Shown piece after piece: positions 40,251 to 52,000 of a stretch of DNA of 64,000 nucleotides (position 1 is its first letter; every line of letters starts with the position of its first letter). The translations under genes were made by a program, and so were the position numbers. Under the pieces are notes generated by a model. It saw only the letters and a program-made list of their open reading frames with translations. It was not told where the DNA came from and did no database searches. This DNA is from Gracilinanus agilis (taxonomy: Eukaryota). The DNA lies in assembly GCF_016433145.1 (NCBI RefSeq), contig NC_058131.1, forward strand, positions 631,995,373 through 632,059,372, given 5' to 3'.

Positions 40251-42855
40251 GATTTTGCGTTTGGAATTTTTTGTTGTTCTCTTCGCCCACCTCTTCCTGT
40301 TGGCTTCCGAGGAAGCTGGAGAAAGTGGAATGAACAGTTGGTTGCGATTTAAACTTTGGAGTCTTGCTTTTGGTTTAAGTCTAGGCGGATTACTTTTATG
40401 TGTGTATGTATATGGAGACATACACATATATGGGGCGCCGATTCAGAATAGAATGTTTAAAAAAACTGGTTTGTGTATAACTTAAGTCTAGTTTGTACAC
40501 ACCTAGAGCTCAGTTGTGTCTAGGTGCTGAATTCCTGATTCAATTATATCACAGCTTAGATGCACTGTATTTGTTTACTGTATACAATTACCTGATTTTA
40601 GATGGGCATACGAGTTTGAAATATTGTTTAATCTTGGATGTTTTACTTTTATGAATCAAATTATGGAGGCACTTTAAGTCGCATATTTTTTAAAAGCCTC
40701 TAAACTGGGCTAAAGGATCTGTAGGTTTTATGGTATATCCACAAAATGAATACTACTTCGTGGTGTTTACTTGGGAGTTCGCTGAAATGTTCTCCCAAAG
40801 GGACTAAGGTAACCTATGCGTAGCAAGTAATGTTTCTTGACATTCCTGAGTTACTTTAATTCCAGCTAAAGCAAGAATCTGACAATGTTATGATGGAAAG
40901 TGATGGTAACTTTCTAATATTAATTTGAATATGGATTGACTTGTGATTGCTTATTTACATTGTAGCTGGAGAGGTAAAGTACACAAACTGAATTGCACTT
41001 AAGCTAAAAGACAGTTTATTGTTATCAGATGTCTATTGCCAAATTAGAAACTAGCTTTTTTTTCCTCTTCCCCTAGAAATTGTGCCAAGTTGCATATCCT
41101 ATTGTGTATACACTTGGAAATGGTGCTGTTTAAAACTTGGTTGTGTGTTTATACAGTAATAGTATATGAATTTATTATTCTTGCGCAGATCTTTCTTCCC
41201 TGGATTCTTTTCATTTTCTTCTAACACTTTTTTCTTCCACACCGTTCTGAAAACTAAGGGACCAGCTTGCTTAGAACTTGGAAGGGAGGAGGTAAACTGT
41301 TTTGATGTTGGCTATATATGGCTCGGTATCTTTGCCTACTCAACAGTGAATTAAGTTTTCTTTCAAATATTTTAACAGGAAACCTTTGTCTCAAGATAGT
41401 CCTGGAAACATTTAGTGCTTGTGAAAGAGGTGTAGACCCTGTATTCAGCTTGTATATCTATCCATTTTGACTCTTGGAGCTGTTTCTTAAAGTAACCTTA
41501 TTAATATAGCAAGAGCCTGGGAGGGCAGGCAGGACTACCTCACAGCTGACGAATGTCATCTTTCTTTAAAAAGAAAGGAGCCCATAGTATAATAGCTGCC
41601 TTCCTCAGAGAATTCTTCATCCCCTAAAAGCCAAGCCTTTTAGGTTTTATCATTTCTGAGCAGTTCACTTTCACCCAACTTATTCCTTTCTTCGAATGTG
41701 AGCGCTACACTTAGTGGTGCTTCTATGTTAGGACTTTCTTACATAATATTAGAAAGATAAGGGACTTGAGCAAAACAATAAAAAATACAGACGAGCTAAT
41801 CTGAAGGACCGAATATTTAATCTAAGGGAAACAAGAGTAGTTGCCTGTCTCACCACTTAATTAGTGGATATATATTGCACCTGCATTCACAGCAGTCTTA
41901 AGGCAGAAGTTAACTTGGTTAGACATAATGATGCCATCAGCTTCACAACTGGAAAGATTTAGACAATACAGGCTAGTTCCAATAACTTGTCAAATCTCTG
42001 TAATGGAATTGTCTATTTTCCTCAAAATAATTGGTCAGTACATTCAATACATACATACAATACAAAAAACATTATCTTCCCTCCCTGTTTCCTCTCCTCC
42101 CCTTTTTTAAAAAAAAAGATTTTTAAAAGCAACATAAGCTTCTGAGGAGCCCAAGTTGCTAAATTTCAAAAATTTGTTTTCATACTAACCTGAAATCTTG
42201 AATGCAATAGTAGTGACAATGTTCCCCCTACCCAAGTTTTAAAAGCATATGCTCTGCCTCAGACACTTCCCAGCTGTGTGACCCTGGGCAAGTCACTTGA
42301 CCGCCATTGCCCACCCTTACCACTCTTCCACCTATGAGCCAATGCACAGAAGTTAAGGGTTTAAAAAAAAAAAAAGCACAAAGTAAAATTTTTCATCTAC
42401 CAGCTTAAACTTTTACGAGGAACCCAATCAACTGTTAGCCCTGTTTTTGTTAAAAGTTCATGTCAGACCATTAAGTAAATAAAGAGTCTACACCTCCCTC
42501 CAAGACAAAGTCAAGCTTTAACTTAAAAGTTTGATCTTTAACAAAAGTTAGTAATGACCCAAAATAATCTTTTAAATAGGGAGTTTGATAACACTCTTGG
42601 GCCTTCCACTTCTGAGTGCTTGGAAGTTTCATAGTTGCACTGCTGGGGAGGTTGGAAAAGACCAATTTATAGATTTAATAGTGGTCACATTAAAGCCAGG
42701 CTATTTAAGGCAATGACATTTTCTCAGCCCAGTTATTTCATCTTCTACCTATTACAGTGCCCTCGTGGTCTTCCCAAAAAGGATTTTTATGGTACAATAT
42801 GCATGCTTAAAGTCCTATTTTTTCCATAATAAAAGTGAATATTTTTCTGGGCAAT
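40249..42855 (+). other. NANOS1: Probable long NANOS1 3'UTR
   Basis: U-rich, largely repeat-free sequence after the stop. AATAAA candidates at 41777, 42478 and 42828. The 3' end is inferred. Confidence 0.55.
42255..42372 (+). mobile_element. 5'-truncated SINE1_Mdo-like copy in the probable NANOS1 3'UTR
   Basis: GCCTCAGACACTTCCCAGCTGTGTGACC..AAGGGTTT-A-tail; AAAAGCA on both sides. Confidence 0.85.
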
Positions 42856-44776
42856 TGGAGGCTGGAACAAAGTTACTAGTTTCATAAATCAAAAATTACA
42901 TAACAGTGGGACAAGACTTTAGACATTTCAATCCACTCATTTTTGCAGACTAAAACTAGGTCCACGAAAGTCACCTAGCTAATTAATGGTAGATATAAAC
43001 AAGGGTTCTGGTCTCCAGACTCAACCAAGTTAACACTATGTCTGGCTGCCTCTTTATTTTAGTGTTTACATGTAAACAGTTGTAGGTAAGACACTAACCA
43101 CAGAAAAGTAAAGGGTATAGGTAGCAAATTAGGCCAATTATGTAACAAACTTACAACTGCTATTTAACGAAAAATCAATGGAAAGCTAACTGATTGAAGG
43201 GAAATTAGTAGTTTCTGTCATTATAGCTATATAACACTTGTTGAGGCTGGGTGTCAGCACGGTGTAGTTGTAGAATGATCACTGAACTTGTATAGAGACT
43301 AATTATTGAAATCTATGGTGTTTATTAAGTGACCATGGGAAAGTCACAACCTTGTTTCCTGGGGAGACCTGCTGTATCTAATTAGTTTTTGAGCTGCAAA
43401 TGATAGTGTAGTACCAGGAATGATGTGTACTTTTTAATCAATAAGCTCTTTACTAAATAACTAAGAACCAACTTTAAAATGATCTAGTCACATCCAGAAT
43501 AGTGAAAGATCTAAGGCTTCAGAAGAAATTGTGGGGTTAGAAATTAGAAAAAGTATGAAGAGTAGAAACAACTTAAAGAGTTGACCTTAAAGGCTCTTTA
43601 AGTAAGTTGCTCTTCCTACTCATCTTCTCAAAAGTATATACATCACTTTTGGGGGGCTGAAAAAGCATCTTTCTCCTTTAAAATGGAAATACTTCTAAGA
43701 AGGTAAATGATTGCTAGCCTTACATAGGGGAATTAGGCTAAAAATAATCTGATTAAACCAACAAAAGGAATGTGAAACCTCTGATTGAAGAGGAGAAACA
43801 GGTGGATAATGAATCTCCGATAAGCTTGGTTTTCTCTTTTGATCCACTGCATCATTTAGGGGGAAGGAATTTTCTTTTTCTTCAGACCAGAAATGAATAG
43901 ACTAACTCAGTACTATGCTAGTTACAAGGTTGTTTTGTAGATAGCCTCAAGAACTTGACCACCGGTTATATTTTTTTATGTGAAATGACCTACAGTTCTT
44001 AAACCAACAACCTATTCATAAAGTTAGAAACTGTGTAGTCACATGGTTTAGGTTCAAGAATTTAACTTCATGTTGAGCATACATAAGAAAGGATGAAATA
44101 AGAGGTACTAATCCAATACAAAAGCATTAAGGATATGTCATTCAGATTTCAATAGAGAGATTGATATAGTATTTGGTAACATTTCTACACATGTGAAATA
44201 ATTAGATAACAGGGCAAGCAATTTTTCAGTGGTTTTCCATCACTGACTAAAACAAAATGTATAAACCTGAAAAGTCCTCCTGTTTCTAAAGTGGTATAAT
44301 ACTCCCTCTTCTGGGCTTAAGTCTATATAACAACAGCTCTTTAAAAAAAGTTTTCCCACATCACTAAGGTAGAAATATAAATGATTAGAGATGTTTTTAA
44401 TTTTCCCTGAAAACATTTAACTTGAGGCAAAATTAACCTGTAATGGGCACTACATGGCATAAAAAGGACAAATCACAGAACTTGTATAATTAAAAACTAA
44501 GCAACTTTTCACGTAACTATGAAGAGTAAGGGATCGTGATGTTTCCTTAGTTAGCTTCTCTTGGTAATTTTATTCGCTTATTTTTCTTTAATGCTGAAAT
44601 CTGAAATATTTAGAAATAAGTGATAGTAAATTGAAAAGAAAAACTTTCTTGAAATCAAAATTAGGAAAAAAAGGTTTGCTAAAGCAAGCAAAAGTCAGTT
44701 TCAACATCTTCCCCTTTTTGGAGTAAAGTACAATGATGGAAATTAAAATCAAGACAAAAGCCAATTCTGTAAGTAT

Positions 44777-44782
44777 TTTATT
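44777..44782 (-). terminator. EIF3A: Likely EIF3A polyadenylation signal (AATAAA), ~1.05 kb 3'UTR
   Basis: TTTATT on + strand. Downstream on the - strand is U/GU-rich (GGCTTTTGTCTTG). More distal - strand AATAAA at 44569, 43321 and 43053. Confidence 0.6.
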
Positions 44783-45822
44783 TATCATTGAAGAAAAAAC
44801 ACAGCAGCAAGTACTGTGTTGGCTTCAATAAGACCAAAGAGTTAATAATTAACATGGCTACTACACTCCAAAATTGAAGTCAACACAGTCATTACTACAA
44901 AGTACTTGCTGAGAGAATCTATTCTGAAGACAAAGGAAATTAGGAAAAGAATTTAAACAATTCCTCCAAAACCACACATTTATAAATATTGTCATATTTA
45001 AAATGCTTGAAAGGCATATGAATTCTCCATTAATGGAAAAGCAGTTTGCTATTGGCAACAGAAAAAACTCAGCACTAGATTCACCCAATGCTTTTCATTT
45101 AAAAGCTGTATTTTTCTGGTTTCACACATCAGCAGTACCTGTATTTCATTAGAACAATGACTTCAAATTGTTCCACATCCACCAGCATTCAAGTAAAACC
45201 TACATACAGACAATTCCACTGTACCCAATGTTCATAATGTTTACTGCATTTAATGTGAACCTAAAACTTTCTCTGAATTCAGATAATAAATACCTCAAAG
45301 TCTTGACTCAAAATACCTAAAGAGGTATGTTTCAACAGCTCTAGTATAAATGAAAATTGCTTCAGCTGTTTTTTTTTCAATACCACTGCTTTAAAGGATA
45401 CTCAAATACATTTTTCTATGACAGAACCTTACCTCATTCCAAAATAAGACTAGATATTTTGAAATTGAAAAGAAAAGAGATCAGTTTTATACTGAGATAT
45501 ATGTGCTACTCAATACCTGAAGGATTCACATTTTAAATTTTGTGGGTTTTTTAAAAATTTTTTTGTAAACAAATGATCAGTGAAATAATGCAACACTTTA
45601 AATTTCAGAAAAAGGCATTCAGTTTTCCAACTTCCTGCTGCAGATACAATGCATGATCAATCTATATAGGATTAATACAAGTTCATGCTTTTCATGTTAT
45701 GGTGAAACAACATTAGTTAAAGAAATCCAATTTAGAATGGTTTAAGCACAAATATAATAATCCTTGAATGTGACCAAACCTATGATAAAACACACGAGTT
45801 TAGACTGTGTTTCTCTTGAGAT

Positions 45823-46052
45823 TTAACGTCGTACAGTGGTCCATCCATCTTCGTCAGTCTCATTTTTAGTGCGACGAAGGGTTTCTCGGGATTCTCGAGA
45901 TTCTCTATCTTTTTCTGATCTCCATGAGCCCTTCTCCTTTTCACCTTCTCTTTCTCGGTCTCTTGAAAGAGTGGGAGGAGGAATTCGACGAGGAGGGTCT
46001 CGCTCTTCTGCCCGCTCATCTTTCCTTTCATCAGGGCGTCTCCAGGAGCTTG
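45823..46052 (-). CDS. EIF3A: EIF3A last exon, coding part ([11 protein letters not shown]...[10 protein letters not shown])
   Basis: tcag|CA...CGT TAA, 230 nt. Confidence 0.96.
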
Positions 46053-49000
46053 CTGAAATACACAAGAAAAAATGGTTGGTAACATGCAGGACTCTAAAGC
46101 AAGAACATAAGTGTGTTTACTATCTATCTAGTATGTACAAAATAAAAAATTGGGTATTAATGAAAAAAACAAGTTCTAGTTATCCCTAAAAAGAAAAATT
46201 GATATAAAAATTTGCAGTCTCTGCCACCCTCCCCCCCATAAGACTCTTATTAAATATACAAATGATGAAGCTGAACCTTTATGACAAAAGTCCAGTCTCA
46301 AAACCTTTGAACCCATTTCTAGCTACGGAAACCACTGGCACAATATTTGTGATATACCTGATTATGCAAACTAGCAAGTGTTAGCTCACCAAAAATACTT
46401 AAAGCAATGAGGATTTTGTTGCTCTCGGATAAGAGGGTTTTATGGGGGAAATGTGAATTCCATTTTTGCTTTTCAACCTAAACATCTTTGTTATAAATAA
46501 TATGCTAGGTAAATTATTTCTCAGTATATTTGATTAAGCTTAATTGTCATTCTCCTAAACTTGCTTTTGAATGGTTATATTCAAGTTTAAGTTCATCACT
46601 ATATGTATTTTAACCTACAAATATTTGAATAATCAATCATGCCATGTGTTTTTTTGTTTTTTGTTTTTTTTAACCAGCTATTAACTTGGTATTTTGTGCA
46701 GAAATTCAACCAAGTAATTGCTGAACTGAAATACTTAACTGTTTGTGTCAGGAACCCCATCTGATCTGGTAAAAGCTATGGATCTTATTTCAGAATGTAA
46801 TAATTGAAGGAAATACTAGATTTAAGGTAGAGTAATACAAATAATCATGTAATCATTCCCCTCATCCAAGATCACAGATCCTATGAGGTTCTTTGTCTCA
46901 TACACTTCAGAATTCATAATGTCCTTACTTTCTTCCCGTTCACTTCTTAGGGGCCCTCTCCTATCTCTATCATCTCGTCGATCTCTTAAGTCTCTCCCTC
47001 CTCGATCATCTCTATCACGACCTCGACGGTCATCTCTATCCCATTCATCACGACGATTTGAATCTCTCCAACTTGAGGCTTCCTCAGCCGGTCCTCTTCT
47101 TCGTCCAGCCTCATCCCTGTTGACATTTAGAAATTAAATTGAAATTTAGCCAGTTTTATTTTTGGACTTCTTTGGAAATCATAAACTTAGAACATTTCAG
47201 AAAGCCAGTTTTTACCCACACTTAAAATAAGTGACATTACTCAAAATGCAATCATGAATCTGGCAAAAGTACATAATGGGAAAAATTTGGGCCCAACTAA
47301 CAATATCTGGGAATAGCACTATAAAAACCATACCCACTAGCAGAAAAAATAAAACTTCAAGCCTTTTGTACAAATTAACAAAAAGTAAGTGCTATCACTT
47401 TATATTTAGAATATAAATATTACTTCCCCAAAAAGTCCCCCAAACTCCCAAAACATAGGAATATTTCACATAGAGCAATCTACCCTTTACGGTAAACAAC
47501 ATAGACAGTCAAACCTAGATCGCCTGAACCGATCTTCACGATCTCCTTCTCTTTCTCTTTCATGTTCTTTATCATTTTCTTCACGATCTTGATCTCTATC
47601 CCTTTCCTTATCTCTATCCCATTCACGGTCTTCTGATGGCCTAGACTCTCGAGGTGGAGCCCAGCTTTCCTCTCGTGCTTTCTCTCTCTCTCTCCAGCCA
47701 CCTATTTAAAAAAAATGAGATGTTTTTCTAATAGTTATTTCACAAGTAGTATATAATTGTTAAATACTAAATTCAGAATGCTTGGCTCTGATAAAAAAAA
47801 AAATAATAAAGCAGCTCCCTAAGTCACAGACTTATTCATTGGCTCCATTTTAAAATTATTCACATTATCAAAATAAACCCTATTAGGGGGGGAAAAAAAA
47901 TCAAGCTCTATACTTTTGTACTATTTTATTTTTTTAAGACCCGTACCTTCTGTCTTAAAATTGATCATTTGTCTCTGGGCCTGGCTCTCTATCCTCCTAA
48001 CCCCCTAGTATAACAAAGTATAGGACCCTCATTTTTATTGAGCACACATGATCCTCTACCTCTATAACCTACCTCCAAAAATTTAGTGACATTACAAAAG
48101 CAAAGATTGGAGGTGAGGAAAGTGGGGAAGACAAAAATGTTAAAAACTTTTGGTGAAAAGAGATTAAAGCAGAACACATCCCCAGTCATTTTTCAACTAT
48201 GAGATTTCTTCAACATACTCTTGCCATATCAACAGATTTTTATCTCTCATTAATTATGGATTCTTCTAACTATCTGAAGAGCTCCTTTGCTTTTTGATTT
48301 CACATTTATGAAATTTAATTCAATAAACAATCTAGGGAATATCAGTATCAATAGTATCCACTCAGTCGAAATTCAACTTATTGTTTTATTTTAAAAATTC
48401 ATTTTTAAGTTCCCAAGTTTGAAATTCTTATTTTACTTATCTTGCAGGTTAGTTGTAAAATGTCTTAAATCATGGGTCACTACTGGTGTAACTTTGGGTG
48501 AAAGGCTCAACAAGTCCCAAGCCTCAGGACTAATTTATACAACGAAGGAGTTAGACAACTTCAAACCTTTCTTCCAGTTCTAAATCTAGGATTCAAATTA
48601 CTTCATATGCTAGTTTTCTCACTCATTACACCATAAAGAATTTGAAGTTAAAAAGTACCTAAGGGGCAGCTAGGTGGCTCAGTGAAATTAAGATGGGAAG
48701 TTCTAGGTTCAAATCTGGCTTATGATACTTCCTATCTATATGACCATGGGCAAATCATTTAACCCCCATTGGCTAGCCCTTACCACGCTTCTACCTTGGA
48801 ACCAATACAATAGTATTGATTCTAAGACAGAAGGTTAAGAGTTTAAAACACAATTACTAAAAATAAAAAAAAAAGTACCTAGCAACACAATGTATTAAGG
48901 TAGACACTAGATAGGTATAGGTATATAAAAGTAGGGATGAGGGGGGAAAAAAAATGACCAATCTGACTGTCTAGATAAAGTTTAGAAATGAGCAATGAAA

Positions 49001-52000
49001 TCCAGATAATCCCCTAAACTTCTATACACTCCAAAATAATTTCCTCCTCACACCCAATAAACAACCAAACTAAGGTGGTTAAAGAGATCTGAATTTTACC
49101 TGGTTTGCCAAATGGAGGTCTCCAAGGACCAGGTCTTGAATCATCCCCACGCCTGGGAACTCGATCATCTTCACTTCGTCTAGAAAGTCTATCATCATCC
49201 ATGTTACGCCAAGTTCCCCTATCATCATCTAAGCCACGCCTTGGACCCCTATCATCATCCATGCCACGCCTAGGACCCCTATCATCATCTGTGTTCCGCC
49301 AAGACCTTTCCTCATCAACACCTCGCCTTGGTCCTCTATCATCATCAATTCCACGTCTAGGACCTCTGTCCTCATCAGATGTTCGCCAACTTCCTCTATC
49401 ATCATCTAGTCCTCGCCTAGGCGGTCTATCATCATCTGCAGAACGCCACGTTCCCCTTTCTTCATCTAGACCCCGTCTGGGAGGTCGATCGTCATCTGTA
49501 TTACGCCAAGTTCGGTCATCATCAGCCCCACGACGAGGGAATCTGTCTTCATCACCACCACGCCTAAGGGGCCTGTCCTCATCCATGCCACGTCGGGGAA
49601 TGCGGTCATCATCTGTTCTTAAAGAGTCTCTCTCTTCATCATCTGCTGCACGTCTTGGCCGGTCCTCGTCTCTTCGAAGAGATCGTTCCTCATCTCTACC
49701 TTCTCCACGCCGCCATTCCCTGTGAAGTTACAAGTTAAAATTCTTCAAAATCAAAATATTGAATCAAAGATATCTGCACAAGATCTCTCAAGAGAGCACA
49801 TTATATTTCACTTCTTTTTTAAAAATAATTTCAATTATTTCTAAATAAATACACTTCCAAATTGCTGGTTCTAAGTTTTGATTTGGTACTCAGAAGCAAA
49901 ATGCTAGTAAATCCACTATTTTATTTATAAAAACAAGGAAAATAGCAATTTAAATTTTAAAGGGAACTTGATCGTAACTTGGTATGTTATGCATAAAATT
50001 TGTACAAAACTACCTTTTTACCATGCAAGTGTAAAAAAAAAAAAGGCAACTTGTTACTACACATAACAGAAAAAAAAAGTCCTCAGAATTATCAAGACAA
50101 TGGAAACAATTTAGGTGTGATAGCAAACATTTGAGCATGTTGCCAAGATCAATTAAACAATTATATGTATACGTCTCCATGTGGCATCTAAAAAAACAAA
50201 AATCATGTAATTACCTACAAACACTTTTAAAAAAACACTAGTGAATAGTCAATTTAGTTTTCTTCAATCTTACATACTTTTCTGGTGCACGTCTCCATTC
50301 TGATTCTGCTTCAGGACCTTTTCTCCAAGTGCCCTCAGAGTCTCTGTCACCCCAACGAGAGTCCTACAGCAACCAAATCAAAATACCAGGAACACATGTA
50401 AGCCTTTTTTTTTTTATCATGTTAAGAACAATTATGCTTAGAAGTAGTCTTTGAGAATCCTAAAATTATATTTGAGTATATTATAATCTTACAGGCTTGT
50501 AAAACCAGTTTTCTATATAGTTTCTTCACAAATTTTAGAACCTTTAATGATGACCTTTCAAAGGTCAAAAAATTTTAAGAACTCAACATAAAATTAAGGA
50601 AAAAACACTTTTAAGGGTTAAGCCCCTTATAAAATCAGTCATTTAGATTCTTTCATATTTCCTTCCTCCTTACAGGGTACAGAATTTCAGTCAACTAGCA
50701 TTTATTAAATATCTGCTATGTCTCAGGCACTATAAAGAAACACTAGATGATGCAATGGAGAAAAAAACAGTTTCATCTTAAAGTCATCACATTCTAAAGG
50801 TAAAGATGGTGTGCAAACAATTATGTACAAACAAGATATATAGCAGAAGGTAGAAATTTAGGTGAGATTTGAAAGCAAGGAGGTAGAACTGAGGAGGAAA
50901 AACATTTCAAGCATGGGTGAAAGTCAGTAAAAATATAAGGAAAGGAGGCAGCAAGGTGGCTCAGTGAATAGAGCCAGGAGGGTCCAAGGTTCAAATCTGG
51001 CCTCAGCTACATCCTAGCTGTGTGGCCCTGGGCAAGGCACTTAATCCCAATTACCTAGCCCTTATCACTCTTCCACCTTGGAACTAATACTTAGCTTAGA
51101 TTCTAAGATATAATATATAGGTTTAAAAAAAATAGAAGGAATGTGTCATATGGGAGGAAAAAGTAAGCATGTCTAGGTCACTGGATCTCAGAGTACCTGG
51201 AAGGGAATAAGGTATAAGACTGAAAAAGTTATTCTTTTAGGCAAGTTTTTGTTGATGTCTTTTGTTTGGTAAAATATAAGTTTTTCATCTTTCCCCTCCA
51301 AGAAAGCCATTCAATAACATTTTTTTTAAAGATTAAAGGGGGGGGGGGAGGAAGAGAAGACAACTGATAAAAGTTTAAAAAGTCCAAAATATCCAATGTC
51401 TCACACCTGTGACTTGCTACCTCCTCATTGGGATAAACTGATGTGAAGTTTTAAGAATCAACACAAACATTTGGAGGCCACATAAAGCCACTATAGTTTT
51501 ATAAAATAAGGGTGAAACGATCAGACTTGTCCTTCAAGAAGACCACTTTGATAGGTGAGTAGAAAGGGAGACTTGCCTCCAAGCTAACAGATCCTGCACG
51601 AAATGGAGGACTGCCCTAGGGTGTGAGAGACAAAGGGGTGTCGACAACAGACCCCATGGTTGGTGGGAGTCATGAGTCAAGTATGAAATAAGGGTTTTAA
51701 GCCTAGATAACTAGGAGGTTGGTGGTACCCTCAACATTAAAAGTCAAGTTACGAAACCTTTCTATTGTGAATCATTTCTATACACTGATGCAGTTAAATA
51801 AACTAAAGGTTCATTTTTAACCCAATACAAACATATGTATAAATTAAATGTTATCAACTGGAGGAATTCCATGTGAACTGGAAAGACCTCCAGGAATTGA
51901 TGCAGAGCGAAAGGAGCAAAGCCAGAAGAACATTGTACACAGAGACTGATACACTGTGGTAAAATAGAATATAATGGACTTCTGTACTAGCAGCAATGCA

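Noticed and set aside
40249-42830. Pumilio elements (TGTAHATA) in the NANOS1 3'UTR
   Set aside because: Only near-matches seen (TGTATATG, TGTATACA, TGTATATC); I found no canonical site.
49100-49620. 30-nt periodic repeats resembling a CRISPR or minisatellite array
   Set aside because: Protein-coding repeats of eIF3a; no unique spacers, and the context is eukaryotic.
49105-49725. 206-aa plus-strand Ser/Arg-rich ORF
   Set aside because: Antisense shadow of the EIF3A repeat exon; the same applies to 45836-46189, 46883-47137 and 56592-56831.
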